The notes under the pieces: generated by a model
Database searches by the model: none
What the model saw: only the letters and a program-made list of their open reading frames with translations
Told to the model about the DNA's origin: nothing
Translations under genes and position numbers: made by a program
Shown: positions 39,606 to 51,176 of the stretch, in pieces
Position numbering within the stretch: the stretch's first letter is position 1
Layout of the letters: every line of letters begins with the position of its first letter
Source of the DNA: an uncultured Gemmatimonadales bacterium
Lineage (GTDB): Bacteria; Gemmatimonadota; Gemmatimonadetes; Gemmatimonadales; GWC2-71-9
DNA: 64,000 bases
Direction of reading: 5' to 3'
Assembly: GCA_963728915.1 (NCBI GenBank)
Contig: CAVSLV010000004.1
Location: 320,001 to 384,000, forward strand

Positions 39606-41143
39606 TGGCGGCGACCGACGCGCTCTGCCGCTCTTTCCTCGATCTCTGGTGGCACTTCGATCCGTCGGGTGCCACCGCTGGCCGGCTGGCGGATTTCTCC
39701 GCCGACGGCATCCGCCAGCTGGTGGCGGCGCTCCGCGCGATCGCGGCCGCCACTGAAGAGCTGGAAGTGGACGATATCGCGGACGAGATCGACCGCACCG
39801 CTCTGCTCGACCATCTCCGGGTGTTGCTGTTCCGGTTCGAGCACGAGCACCCCTACCGCACCAATCCGCTGCTCTGGACCGAGCATCTGCTCCGGGCGTT
39901 CTCCGTTCCCGGCCGGGGGGAACAGGAAGAGGCCCTCCAGGCGGCGGCGAGCCTGGAGCGGCTTCGCGCCGTGCCTGCTTTCTGCCGCCGGGCCCGGGAA
40001 TCGATTCGAAAGCCGCCCGCGATGCTGGCGAGGGCGGCGGGTGAGGAGCTCCATGAGCTGACCGGCCTCGTTGCCGGGATCCAGGAGCGCTTCGCGGAGC
40101 GGTGGGCCCGGGATGGGGCGGACCCCCCGGTCCTGCTTGGGGAAGCCGGGACGGCGCTGGACGAGCTGGCGATCGCCCTCGACGAGGAGATCGCGCCGGA
40201 TCCGGATCCCTGCGCGGGGGCGATCGGGGAGGCGGAAGCCGATCGCCGGCTTCACCACGAGCACGCCAGCATCCATAACGCGGGCGAAATCTGGCGCGCG
40301 GCGCTCCGATCGGCGGACGAGGTGGAGGGGGAGGTGGTCGATCTGGCAGAGGCCGTCGAGGCAGGCAAGCCATGGCGGGCGGTGTACCAGTCCGTCACCG
40401 ACCGGCTCCTTCCCTCGAGGGCGGTGGAAGCCGGGTTCGACCGGTGGCGGACCCAGGCCCGGGAATTCGCCATAACCCGCAGGCTCGTCCCGCCGGCCGA
40501 GCCGGTTCCACTCGAGGTGAAGGCCATCGCCGAGCCGGAACGGCGCGCCCTGTTCTGGGCCGACTACCGGATGGCCGAACCCGGGGTCGGCCGGGTCCGG
40601 CTGGGCGGCATTCCGGAGGCCTGTCTGCCCTGGGTGGCGGCGCGTTTCGGCGAGCCGGGACTCCACTTCCTGGCCAGCGCCACCCGCGGCCTGCCCAGCC
40701 TGGTCCGTCGTCATATCACCGCCTCGAGCACCACCGGCGGGTTCGGGATATACATCCAGGAGATGCTCACCGAGGCCGGGTTCTGTCCCGATCCCGCTGC
40801 CAGGCTGGTGAGCCGGGTCCTGGTGCTCCGCCAGGTTCACCTCGCGCTGGTCGATCTCGGCGTCCATACGCGGCAGCTCACGGCGGACGAGGGCGTGACC
40901 CATCTCTCGGAGCGGCTGCCCTGCGATCGGAGTCTTGCTCTTGGCGACGTTCGCCGGATGCTGGCCGACCCGCTTCGGGCCTGTGCCGCCCTGCTGGGCT
41001 GGCACGAGCTGAAACGCCTCCGCGAAGACGACCGGGCCGCGCGCAAGGAGACTTTCGATCCGGCCGACTTCCATCGCCGGCTGTTCCGCCACGGAAGCAT
41101 CCCGATCCCGCTGGTTCGCTGGGGCATGGGCCTCGATGCCTGA
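39605..41143 (+). CDS. DUF885-like protein
   Basis: PGLHF, LVDLGVHT, FDPADFHRRLFRHGSIP C-terminus; canonical HExxPGHH is degenerate. Confidence 0.65.
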   Translation: MAATDALCRSFLDLWWHFDPSGATAGRLADFSADGIRQLVAALRAIAAATEELEVDDIADEIDRTALLDHLRVLLFRFEHEHPYRTNPLLWTEHLLRAFSVPGRGEQEEALQAAASLERLRAVPAFCRRARESIRKPPAMLARAAGEELHELTGLVAGIQERFAERWARDGADPPVLLGEAGTALDELAIALDEEIAPDPDPCAGAIGEAEADRRLHHEHASIHNAGEIWRAALRSADEVEGEVVDLAEAVEAGKPWRAVYQSVTDRLLPSRAVEAGFDRWRTQAREFAITRRLVPPAEPVPLEVKAIAEPERRALFWADYRMAEPGVGRVRLGGIPEACLPWVAARFGEPGLHFLASATRGLPSLVRRHITASSTTGGFGIYIQEMLTEAGFCPDPAARLVSRVLVLRQVHLALVDLGVHTRQLTADEGVTHLSERLPCDRSLALGDVRRMLADPLRACAALLGWHELKRLREDDRAARKETFDPADFHRRLFRHGSIPIPLVRWGMGLDA

Positions 41144-42324
41144 TCAGGTTCCCGGCCGGGTCAAAGGCCTTTCGCTGGTCTCGCTCTTCAACGACTTCGC
41201 GAGCGAGATGGTGTATCCGGTGCTGCCCGCGTTCGTGACCGGTCCGCTGGGCGGGAGCGCGGTGGCACTGGGTGCGCTGGATGGGGCGGCCGATCTCACC
41301 GCGGCCCTGATGCGCTGGGTGAGCGGGCGGTTGGCCGATCGCCGGGGCTGGCCCAAGCCGCTCATCCTCGCGGGTTATGGCGTGGCCGTGCTGGTGCGCC
41401 CGTTCATCGCCATCGCCTCGGCGGCCTGGCAGGTCATCGGGTTCCGGGTGCTCGACCGGGTCGGCAAGGGACTTCGCACCCCGGCGCGGGACGCGGTGAT
41501 CTCCCGAATCACCGCCCCGGAGCTCCGGGGCCGGGCGTTCGGATTCAACCGGGCCGCGGATCACTTCGGCGCGGTGCTGGGTTCCCTGATCGCCTGGGCG
41601 ATGCTGGAAGCCTCCATCGGAGTGCGTGAGGTGATCGGGTGGAGCGCGTTGCCCGGGGCACTCGCGATCCTGGTATTGCTGTTCGCCTTGCGCGGGAATC
41701 TCGAGTCCGGAGTCCGGAGTCCGGAAAAGAGCAGCGCCTCGCCGGTCCCGGGACGCCGGACTCGAGACCTCTCCGGCCCCGCCTACTGGTTTCCCTATTG
41801 CCGTCCTCGTCCTGCTCACCGTCGCTCGGCTGCCCGAAACGCTGTTGCTCCTCCGGCTGCAGCAGCTCGGCGTCCCGGTCGCGCTGGTTCCGCTGGCCTG
41901 GGCGGGCCTTCACGTGGTGCGCAGCGGCAGCTCCTATCCGGGTGGGCTCCTGGCCGACCGGATCGGCGCGCGATGGACCTATCTCCTCGGGAGCGCGGCG
42001 TACATCGCCACTGTTCTGGGGCTCGCCACCCGACCCGGCGAGGTTGCGGCGTTTGCAATCTTTCTGGGGTTCGGACTGGTGGCCGGGTTCATCGAGCCTG
42101 CCGAGCGGGTGGCGGTCAGCCGGCTTGCACCGGTCAGGACCGGTCGCGGCTTCGGGAACTATCAGGCCCTGGCCGGGTTCGCCGCGCTGCCGGCCGGCCT
42201 CGGGTTCGGGGCGCTCTACCGCGGGAGCGGGCCCGCCGCCCTGGTGGTATCCGCGGCCGTGTTAGGACTGGGGACGATTCTCTGGCTGGCGGCTTCGCGG
42301 AACCTCCACGCGGAGCCGGGTTAA
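41136..42324 (+). CDS. MFS transporter (frameshift near 41800)
   Basis: NDFASEM, GRLADR, DRVGKGLRTPARD; second half in 41845..42324 with GLLADRIG. Confidence 0.88.
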
Positions 42325-43166
42325 GGCAGCGGCGAGCCCTGGCTGGTGGTCCGGATGGAGCCGCTCATGGTCATCGTGCCGCCGGCGCCGAGATCCATGG
42401 TGGCATCGACCCTGGAATCGGTGGATCCGGATCGCACTACCCCGCGTTGCAGGTCGATCTTCATGGTTCCCCCGCCCGTCATCCTGAGTGACACCTTGGC
42501 CGTTCCCAGGGCAGGCATCGTGATATCGCGGTTGATCGCGGCGACCATCGCCTGATCGAACACGGCGATGACCTGGCCGCTGTCGTGTTCGACGGCCCGG
42601 AGCCAGTGGGTCATCGTGCCCTCGAGCGCCACCGAATCCGACGCTCCCATGCCGATGTCGAAGGGGACCGGGGCCGTGAACGGCGTGACGAGGCTGTCGC
42701 CCACCGCCATCGTGCCGCGCGGTACGGTGGTCAGCATGGAGCTCTGCAACTGGCGGATACTGGTCGCGTATCGTTCGAGCTCAGGGGGGACGGTGAGATC
42801 CACCAGGGCGCCGGTCGAGTCGTACCTGGCCGTCAGCTGCTGTCCCCCGCCCGCCAGGGGTTGCCCCATCGGCGTCCCATTCATCGTGATCCGGGTGGCG
42901 ATCGTGTCGAAGGCCAGCTCGGCGCTCATTCCTCCGAGGGAATCGACCGGGCCGGTGCGGCGGACATATTGCGCCGTGCTCGACACGTCCATCTGGATCG
43001 GCGCGGGAAGCGCCGCGGCGGAAACATCGAAGTGCATGTCCAGGGTCACCGAGATCCGGACCGCCGATTCGGGAAACGGCAGCTTCGGAATGGTGACGCT
43101 GGCCGATTGGGCGGCAAGGGCGGCCGGGAATGCGGCCGCGACGATGAGCCGCCGGATCAGCAGCAC
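42321..43166 (-). CDS. Hypothetical secreted protein
   Basis: GTG at 43166; signal peptide ending ALA-AQ; beta-rich body. Confidence 0.65.
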   Translation of the reverse strand: MLLIRRLIVAAAFPAALAAQSASVTIPKLPFPESAVRISVTLDMHFDVSAAALPAPIQMDVSSTAQYVRRTGPVDSLGGMSAELAFDTIATRITMNGTPMGQPLAGGGQQLTARYDSTGALVDLTVPPELERYATSIRQLQSSMLTTVPRGTMAVGDSLVTPFTAPVPFDIGMGASDSVALEGTMTHWLRAVEHDSGQVIAVFDQAMVAAINRDITMPALGTAKVSLRMTGGGTMKIDLQRGVVRSGSTDSRVDATMDLGAGGTMTMSGSIRTTSQGSPLP

Positions 43167-43377
43167 CGGCTCCCGCCGTTTCCGTAGCGGGTGGCGAGAT
43201 ACTGGTCGTAGTACTCGCGCTCGGTGAGCAGCCGGCAGCCGTGCTCGACCGCGTGCTCGCGATGCCGCTCGTAGTCGGGCATGCCGCACACCTGCTTCAG
43301 GGTGCGGCGGAAGCGGCTCCAGGCGGTCGACCTCTCCGACCTCCCGCCCTCGACCTCTGCGACCCCACCTCACGCAT
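43157..43377 (-). CDS. YbdD/YjiX (DUF466) family small protein, CstA partner (5' frameshift; not in ORF track)
   Basis: Translated by hand: ..[40 protein letters not shown]. Confidence 0.8.
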
Positions 43378-45401
43378 ACGCCGTCTCCACGTAGGCCGCC
43401 TCCTTCACCGTGGCGGGCTTCCGGCCCCGCAGGACCGCGATCCACTCCCGGATCGATGCGGCCAGGAGGGCCACCACGATCACCATGAAGATCCCCGCCA
43501 ACGCCGCGTCGATGCGGTCATTGAAAATCAGCCGGGCGCCGCTGGCGGGGTCGGTCGCGCCGGCCGCGATCTTGGCCGCGACGTCCCTGGCATGGGCCAG
43601 GAACCCGAGGCGGGGATCGGCCGCGAAGATCTTCTGCCAGCCCGCTGTCAGGGTGACGGCGAGGAGCCAGCCCAGCGGCACCAGGGTCACCCAGGCGTAT
43701 TTCGCCTTCCCCATCTTGATGATGATGGTCGTGCCCACGCACAGGGCCACCGCCGCGAGGAGCTGGTTACTGATCCCGAACAGGGGCCAGAGCGAATTGA
43801 TGCCGCCCAGCGGATCGAGCACGCCCTGGATGAGGAAATACCCCCACGCGACGACCACGAGGCCGGACGCGAGCAGGTTGCTGGGATACCAGGAAGTCCG
43901 CCCCAGCGGCTCCCAGGCGTGGCCCAGAAACTCCTGCATCATGAAGCGTCCCACCCGGGTTCCCGCGTCGAGCGTGGTCAGGATGAACAGGGCCTCGAAC
44001 ATGATGGCGAAGTGATACCAGAGACCCATGAGCTGCCGACCGAAGACGCCGCTGAAGATGTGCGCCATGCCGACCGCGAGCGACGGCGCGCCGCCCACCC
44101 GGCCCAGCAGGGTGGCCTCGCCCACCGAGCTGGCCAGGGCGCTGAGCTGATCGGGCGTCACCACGAAGCCCCAGTGGCGGACCGCTTCCGCGGCGGTCTG
44201 CACGGTCCCGCCTAACGCGCCCATCGGGGCATTGATCGAGAAGTAGACGCCGGGATCGAGGGCGGCGGCGGCGCAGAGCGCCATGATCGCGACGAACGAT
44301 TCGGTCAGCATGCCGCCGTAGCCGATCAGCCGGGCGTCGGTCTCCTTCCGGATCATCTTGGGGGTGGTGCCGCTCGATACCAGCGCGTGGAATCCACTGA
44401 TCGCGCCGCAGGCAATGGTGATGAAGGCGAAGGGGAAGAGCTTGCCGGCGAACACCGGGCCGGTGCCGTCCACGAATCTGGTGAGGGCCGGCATCTGGAG
44501 CGTGCGGGTTCACGATCACGATGCCGATCGCGAGGAGCACCACCGTTCCCACCTTCATGAACGTCGAGAGGTAATCCCGGGGAGCGAGCAGCAGCCACAC
44601 CGGCAGCACGCTGGCGATGAATCCATAGATCATCAGGGCCCACGCGATGGTGAGCCCGCCGTGGGTGAAGAGCGGCGCCAGGGTGGCGGACTGCGCCACG
44701 TAGCGGCCGCCCACCAGGGCGATCACCAGCAGGATGATGCCGCCGATGGTCGCCTCGACCGTTTTCCCGGGCCGGATGATGCGCATCCAGATGCCCATCC
44801 CGAGCGCGATGGGGATGGTGCAGAGCAGGGAGAAGATCGCCCAGGGGCTGTCCTTGAGGGCGTTGGTCACCACCAGCGCGAGCACGGCGAGGAGGATGAT
44901 CATGATCGCGAGGATCGCCACCATCGCGAACAGTCCGGTGACCGGGCCGATCTCCTCCTTGGCCATCTGCCCCAGCGACTTCCCGTTTCGCCGCATCGAG
45001 CCGAACAGGATGACGAAATCCTGCACCGCGCCCCCCAGCACGACCCCGAACACGATCCAGATGGTCGAGGGCAGATAGCCGAACTGGGCGGCAAGCACCG
45101 GGCCGACCAGCGGTCCGGCCCCCGCGATGGCCGCGAAATGGTGGCCGAACAGCACGAACCTGCCGGTTGGCACGAAGTCGCGCCCGTTGTTGAGCCGCTC
45201 CGCGGGGGTGGCCCGGCGGGGATCCAGCCCCACCACTTTCTCGGCGAGGAATCTGGCGTAGAACCGATAACCCACGAGATAGGTGCCCACCGCGGCGAGC
45301 ACCAGCCAGGCCGCACTGATCGGCTCTCCCCGTTGCAGCGCGATCACTCCCCAGGCCGCCGCTCCGGCCAGGCTCAGGGCGATCCAGAAGAGCGTTTTCA
45401 T
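43370..45401 (-). CDS. cstA: Carbon starvation protein A family transporter (frameshift near 44500)
   Basis: [55 protein letters not shown]. Confidence 0.93.
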
Positions 45402-45489
45402 GTCACCAATGTACGGTGCGGCAACGACTTGCTCCAAGCCCCGCCTTGCGGCCCTCTGGAGCGGCCCGTAGCTTCGCCCGGGAATCCCC

Positions 45490-46321
45490 ATGACCACGCC
45501 CTTGCCTGCCGCCGCCGGCGCCGTCCTGGAAGCTCCCCAGGCCGAGCCCGCCAAATCATCCGGATTCCGGGGCAAGGTGGCGATGATCTCGGGCGGCGCC
45601 ACCGGACTGGGTCGCGCCGTGGCGATCGAATTCGGAAGATTGGGCTGCAACGTGGCGTTCTGCTTCGTGGATCTTCCCGGCCGCGACGTACGGGAGATGG
45701 CGTTGCTCACCGAGACCACGCTCTCCGCGATGGGCGTCGGCGTCTACGCCGATTGCTGCGACGTGCGGGATCGGGTCCAGGTGGAGCGGTTCGTCGCGAA
45801 AACCAGGGAGAAGTTCTCGACCATCCACTTCCAGGTGAACAATGCCGGGATCGCGAAGGACGGGGCGCACTGGCGGCTCACCGGCCCGGAATGGGCCGAG
45901 GTGCTCGAAACCAACCTGACCGGTGCGTTCAATTGCATCAGCGAAGCGGCGCCGCTGTTCCGGGGCCAGCGGTTCGGCAAGATCGTGAACGTCAGCTCGC
46001 ATCTGGCCGGCCATCCCGGGTTCGGGGTGACCAGCTACGCGGCCAGCAAAGCGGGGCTCGAAGGATTGACCCGCGCGGTGGCGGTGGAGCTGGGACCCGT
46101 CGAATGTGAACGTGAATGCGGTCGCTCCCGGGTTCATCAAGACCGAGCGCCTGCAACAGCTTCCCCCCGAGGTGATCGACAAGGCGCGCAAGAGCTCGGT
46201 GCTGGGCCGGATCGCGGAGCCCGAAGATGTTGCCCGGGTGATCACCTTTCTCTGTTCGGAGGAAGCGCGTCACATCACCGGCCAGACGATCGTCGTCGAT
46301 GGGGGCCTTTCGCTCGAGTAG
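45490..46321 (+). CDS. SDR family oxidoreductase, FabG-like (frameshift near 46100)
   Basis: SGGATGLG, NNAGI, YAASK; NAVAPG and ITGQTIVVDGG in the next frame. Confidence 0.88.
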
Positions 46322-46341
46322 TTCATTAGGTTTCAGGCTTC

Positions 46342-46995
46342 ATGCTAACCTCCCTGTTGCGTTTCCTTCCCGTGGCCATGCTCCTCGCCGCACCGGTGGC
46401 CGCGCAGAGCCCTCCCAAGGGACAGAACGCGCTGCTGACCACCGGATTGGCGGGTCAGCCGGTGGCCGTGCTCCCTCTCACGATGGTGCTGGCCGACCCC
46501 GGTGTTCCGGGGACCCGGGGATCGGCGGCGCGGACCGTGCTGGTCCGCTGGGCCGATTCCCTCCTGGGCGATGTTCTCACCGAGCGGGCCGCGGAGGTGA
46601 ACTGGATCCTGCCGCCGGCCCTTCGCTCCGCGGCCCGGCGCGCCGCCGGGATGATTCCCTCACCGGATCAGATGGGGCAATCGGTGATGCGATCGTCGAA
46701 TCTCAAGGAGGTTCCCGATCCGCTGCGCGGCTATCTCCGCCAGCTGCTGGGCCTCGCCGGAGGCGCCCGTTACGCCCTGATCCCGGCCGCGATGAGCCTG
46801 GCGCCTGCCGGCGTCAAGGGTGACAGCCTTCAGGTGAGCCTTTCCGCCGTCCTCGCCGACGGGCGCCTGGGACGAGTGGTGTGGCGCACCCTCGCCCAGG
46901 GCCAGGGAGACAACGCCGAGTCGGCGTATCGCGCCGCCCTGAACACCATCTCCTTCCGAGGCCGACCTCCCGACTTCCCGGCCTCCCGCTGTTCC
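46342..46995 (+). CDS. Hypothetical secreted protein (end uncertain; apparently fused to the next gene by an indel)
   Basis: Signal peptide (APVAA-Q); unrelated to the dehydrogenase sequence that starts at 46996. Confidence 0.6.
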
Positions 46996-48010
46996 ATGAC
47001 CCACCAGGTGACGCTCATTCCGGGAGACGGGATCGGCCCCGAAATCACCGAGCAAACCATGCGGGTGGTCGAGGCGGCGGGCGTCGCGGTCGAGTGGGAC
47101 GTCTGTGTCGCCGGCCTGGCGGCGATCGAGGCGGAACAGACTCCGCTTCCCGAGCGGACCCTCGCGAGCATCCGGCAGCGGAAGGTCGCGCTCAAGGGGC
47201 CCCTCACCACGCCGGTGGGGGGCGGCTATCGCTCGGTCAACGTGGAATTGCGCAAGACGTTCGATCTCTATGCCAATCTGCGTCCGGCGATCACCATCCT
47301 TCCCGGGCGCTATGAGCACGTGGACATCGTGCTGATTCGGGAGAACGTGGAGGGGCTCTACTCCGGGGTTGAGCATTTCATCCGGGTGGGCGACGATCCC
47401 CAGGCGGTCGGGGTGTCCCAGGCGATCGTGACCCGGTTCTCCTGCGAGCGGATCATCCGGTACGCCTTCGAGTACGCGGTCCGCCACGGCCGGAAGCAGG
47501 TGAGCATCGTCCACAAGGCGAACATCCTCCGGATGGCGAGCGGGCTGTTTCTCGAGGTGGGGCGGACCATCGCGAAGGAATACGCCGGACGAGTGGCCGC
47601 GAACGAGTACATCGTGGACAACTGCGCCATGCAGCTGGTGCTCAAGCCCCGAGCAGTTCGACGTGATCGTGACGACCAATCTGTTCGGGGACATCCTGAG
47701 CGACGAGATCGCCGGGCTGGTGGGCGGGTTAGGGCTCACCCCGGGGGGCAATATCGGGGCCCACGCGGCGATCTTCGAGGCGGTGCATGGAAGCGCCCCC
47801 GACATCGCGGGGAAGGGGATCGCCAATCCCTCGGCCCAGATGCTCGCGGCGGCCATGTTGCTCGATCATCTCGGGGAGGCCGAAGCCGCCCGCCGGCTCC
47901 GCAACGCCCTCGGCATCACCATTCGCAAGCTGGGAATCAAGACCCGCGACCTGGGCGGGTCGGCCACCACCCGGGAGTTCGGCGATGCAGTCGCGGCTCG
48001 CCTCGCTTGA
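46996..48010 (+). CDS. Isocitrate/isopropylmalate dehydrogenase family protein, NAD-IDH-like (frameshift near 47650)
   Basis: [38 protein letters not shown] and [13 protein letters not shown] in the next frame. Confidence 0.9.
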
Positions 48011-48329
48011 GCCGCCCCCCCCGTGCGCCCGCTGCCAGCAACGGGCGCCCGGAGTCAAATGGGGCGACCTCTGTCCCGCCTGTCTCGCCGAGCTCAGACG
48101 TCGTGCAAGTCCGCTGGCCAGGATCATCTCCCTCGGGTGCGTAGCGGCGGTGGTCTGGTTCGCGTTCGCCAGGCTCCCGCTCACCATGACGGTCCGCATC
48201 TGGGTCGCGGCGATCGCGATCGCCACCTACTTCCTGGTGCGGAAGATCGTGACCCAGATCGCGGTGGAAGTCCTGAAAGGCGGACAGGCGGACCGGCGGA
48301 CCGGCGGACCGGCGGACAGAAGGGAATAA
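48007..48329 (+). CDS. Small membrane protein with CxxC..CxxC motif
   Basis: CARC..CPAC followed by two TM helices; start obscured by a poly-C run. Confidence 0.55.
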
Positions 48330-48333
48330 GGCG

Positions 48334-49674
48334 ATGAGAGCAATGGTACTGCTGGTTTTCGCGGCGAGCCCGCTCGCGGCCCAGACCAGCCTGACGATCT
48401 ACAACGACGGCCGGGTGCTGGTGCGTCGCACCGTCCCGGTGAGCCTGCCGGCCGGAACGTCCACCCAGCAACTGCCGCTGGGCCATCTCGTGCCGGGAAG
48501 CGTGTTTGCGCTGGACTCCGGTGTGACGGTGACCGGCGCCCGGTACGACGAGGCGATCGACGAGGGCAACGCGATGCGCCGCGCGGTGGGGCAGTCGCTT
48601 CGATTCATCGTGCCGCGGGCCAACGGCGCCGATACGGTGAGCGCGACGGTGGTGGGAGCGAATCCCGAGCGGTTCCGTCTCCCCGATGGCCGGATCGTAT
48701 TCCAGCGCCCCGGCATCCCGATGTATCCCGCCGAGCTGGTTCTGAACGAGCCGACGCTGGCGCTCTCGCTCCGGGCCGCTTCAGCGCGTCCCAATCTCCG
48801 GCTCGGTTACTTCACCCAGGGCGCCGGCTGGCAGGCCGAGTATTCCGTGATCCTGGGCCGGAGCAGCGCCCGAGTGAGCGGGCAGGCGGCGATTTCGGGT
48901 GGCATGCTGGAGGAGCGGGATGTCGAAGTGCAGCTCCTGGCCGGCTCGGTCGGCCAGGCCGGCGGCCGGGGTCAGATGGCGCCCGCGCCGATGATGCGCG
49001 CCGAGGCCTTTGCGGTCCAGGCTCCGGCGGAGGAGCAACAGGTGGGAGAGTCGCATCTTTACACCGTGCCGGGACGGGTGACCCTGGAGCCCGGTGTCAT
49101 GACCGACGTCGCCCTGTTCGATCCCGCGACCGCGCCGTGGGAGCGGGCCTACGTGGTGCGGGGCCAGCTCAACTACTACGGCCCGCTTCAGCAGCTCGGC
49201 AACGATCCGGGGCAGACGGCGGTCAACGTGGTGTACACCCTGAAGCACCCGGCGCGCACTCCCTTCGGGGACATGCCGCTGCCCGGGGGGGTGTGGCGGC
49301 TCTATCAACCCGACGACGCCGGACGGGTCCAGCTGATCGGAGAGGCCTCGGCGGGGCACACCGCGCCGGGCACCGACCTGCGGCTCCCCGCCGGGGATGC
49401 GTTCGATCTGACCGCGATCCGGACCCAGATGAGCTACAGCACCCGCCGGGATTCCACCCGCACCAGCGCCACGGCCGATTACCGGGTGAGTATCGCCAGT
49501 GCCAAGGACAGCGCGGTGACGGTGGAAGTCTGGGAAGACCGGGCCGGGGAGTGGTCGGTGATGCAGAGCTCGGTGCCTGCCGAGAAGGTCTCCAGCACCC
49601 GTACCCGATTTCGGGTCCGGGTCCCCGCCCATGGGGAGGCGGTGCTGACCTACCGGATCCGGGCGGTGTGGTGA
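48334..49674 (+). CDS. DUF4139 domain protein
   Basis: Signal peptide, SLTIYNDG, WQAEY, GESHLY, PLPGG..IGE. Confidence 0.75.
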   Translation: MRAMVLLVFAASPLAAQTSLTIYNDGRVLVRRTVPVSLPAGTSTQQLPLGHLVPGSVFALDSGVTVTGARYDEAIDEGNAMRRAVGQSLRFIVPRANGADTVSATVVGANPERFRLPDGRIVFQRPGIPMYPAELVLNEPTLALSLRAASARPNLRLGYFTQGAGWQAEYSVILGRSSARVSGQAAISGGMLEERDVEVQLLAGSVGQAGGRGQMAPAPMMRAEAFAVQAPAEEQQVGESHLYTVPGRVTLEPGVMTDVALFDPATAPWERAYVVRGQLNYYGPLQQLGNDPGQTAVNVVYTLKHPARTPFGDMPLPGGVWRLYQPDDAGRVQLIGEASAGHTAPGTDLRLPAGDAFDLTAIRTQMSYSTRRDSTRTSATADYRVSIASAKDSAVTVEVWEDRAGEWSVMQSSVPAEKVSSTRTRFRVRVPAHGEAVLTYRIRAVW

Positions 49675-50501
49675 CCCCGGTCACCCTCGCGCAGCTTTCC
49701 GATATTCATTTTGGCCGGGATGTCGACCTGGACCAGGTCGCCGCCATCGAACAACTGATCGCCGCCATGGGTCCCGACGCCGTGGTGCTCGCGGGGGATC
49801 TCACCCAGCGAGCCCGCCACGGCGAGCTCCAGCGGGCGCTGGTGTTCAAGCAGACCCTGGAGCGCACCGCTCCGGTGCTCGTCATTCCCGGCAATCACGA
49901 TATCGAGTGGTGGCGAAGCCCGTTCGGCATCCTGGGGACCGCCCGGCGGACCCGGAAGTACCGGATGTATTTCGGAGAGGTGCTGACCCCCCGGCTCGAG
50001 CTTCCCGGCGTGGTCCTCGCGGGGGCGCTGACCAGCCATGGCCTCTCGTTCGCGTCGATGACCTGGAACCTCAATGACCTGGTGGTGAAGGGACACCTGC
50101 CCCGGTCGGAGACGAAGCGCCTAACCCGCGTCTTCCAGGCCGCGCCTCCCGGAGCGGCCCGGGTCGCCGTGCTGCACCATAACGTGCTGCGGGGGGAGAT
50201 CTCCCGGCGGATGGGCCTGGCCCGCTGGCGGCAGGCCCAGCGGCGGCTCCGGGCGACGGGGGTGGATCTCATTCTCTGCGGGCACGACCACCAGGAGGGC
50301 ACCGGCCAGCTCGACGGCGTGGTCGTGGTTGCGACCACCAGCGGTCACGCCCGGGGGAGGATCCGGGGCCATCGGCCGGCGGCGTTCAACCTGGTGGCGA
50401 TCGACGAGCAGTCCATCGAGGTGCAGCACATGCGCTGGGACGCCGGGGAGCGCCGGTTCGTCGCGGGGGGTGAGGCCAGGTTCGGGCGCACGCCGCGATG
50501 A
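49671..50501 (+). CDS. Calcineurin-like metallophosphoesterase
   Basis: SDIHFG, GDLT, PGNHD, LHH, GHDH. Confidence 0.92.
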   Translation: MTPVTLAQLSDIHFGRDVDLDQVAAIEQLIAAMGPDAVVLAGDLTQRARHGELQRALVFKQTLERTAPVLVIPGNHDIEWWRSPFGILGTARRTRKYRMYFGEVLTPRLELPGVVLAGALTSHGLSFASMTWNLNDLVVKGHLPRSETKRLTRVFQAAPPGAARVAVLHHNVLRGEISRRMGLARWRQAQRRLRATGVDLILCGHDHQEGTGQLDGVVVVATTSGHARGRIRGHRPAAFNLVAIDEQSIEVQHMRWDAGERRFVAGGEARFGRTPR

Positions 50502-51151
50502 CCGCGAGGCAGCTCGATCTCTTCCTGGGGACGAGCCAGCTCACCGGACGGTTGTACGCCGCCGGTCTCGATCGAGACACGGCCGTCCTGCTTCACGCCA
50601 ATCGCCGGGTCCTGGTTTCCCGGACCACGCGGGGGGCCCTCCGGGTGCACCGCGGCTATGCCGCCGCCCCCGATGAAGTGATCGCGGCGATCGCGTGCTG
50701 GGCCCGGTCCCGGGTGCCGCGCCGGCAACGACTCGAAGCCCAGCGTGTCCTCGCTTCGTTTCCGGTGCACCTGCATGCCCCCCCGGCCGCCCCTCCGCCG
50801 GCCCGCCCGTCCGCCGCCGACGAGCAGATCTTCGCCAAGCTTCATGAGCTGCACCAAGCCTTCAATCGCCGGCATTTCGAAGGCGCCCTGGGACGGATCC
50901 GGATGGCACTCTCGGGCCGGATGCGACGGCGACTCGGCGAGTTGCGTTTGTCCGCCACCGGTCCGCACGAGATCGTGATCGGGCGCCGGCATCTTCGCCG
51001 CGATGGATGGACGGGCGTCGGGGAGACGCTGTTGCACGAAATGGTGCATCAGTGGCAGGCGGAAACCGGAAGAAAGCTCGGACATGGCGGGGAATTCAAA
51101 CGGATGTGGTTGCAGGTCTCGGGAGGCACGACGGTTGCCGTGGTAGATTGA
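50498..51151 (+). CDS. SprT-like zinc metalloprotease
   Basis: FNRRHFEGAL, TLLHEMVH, HGGEF. Confidence 0.85.
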   Translation: MTARQLDLFLGTSQLTGRLYAAGLDRDTAVLLHANRRVLVSRTTRGALRVHRGYAAAPDEVIAAIACWARSRVPRRQRLEAQRVLASFPVHLHAPPAAPPPARPSAADEQIFAKLHELHQAFNRRHFEGALGRIRMALSGRMRRRLGELRLSATGPHEIVIGRRHLRRDGWTGVGETLLHEMVHQWQAETGRKLGHGGEFKRMWLQVSGGTTVAVVD

Positions 51152-51176
51152 CACCTTCCCCCGCGGATCCGTCGCC

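Noticed and set aside
43157..43165. Selenocysteine read-through in the YbdD/YjiX protein
   Set aside because: The gene ends TGC-TGC-TGA, so both Cys positions are already filled and TGA is simply the stop.
46342..48144. 600-aa fusion of a secreted protein to isocitrate dehydrogenase
   Set aside because: A signal peptide on a cytoplasmic enzyme is implausible in a region full of indels; best read as two genes.
48279..48320. CRISPR array in the short repeat tracts
   Set aside because: Units are 7-9 nt with no unique spacers, and no cas genes are present.
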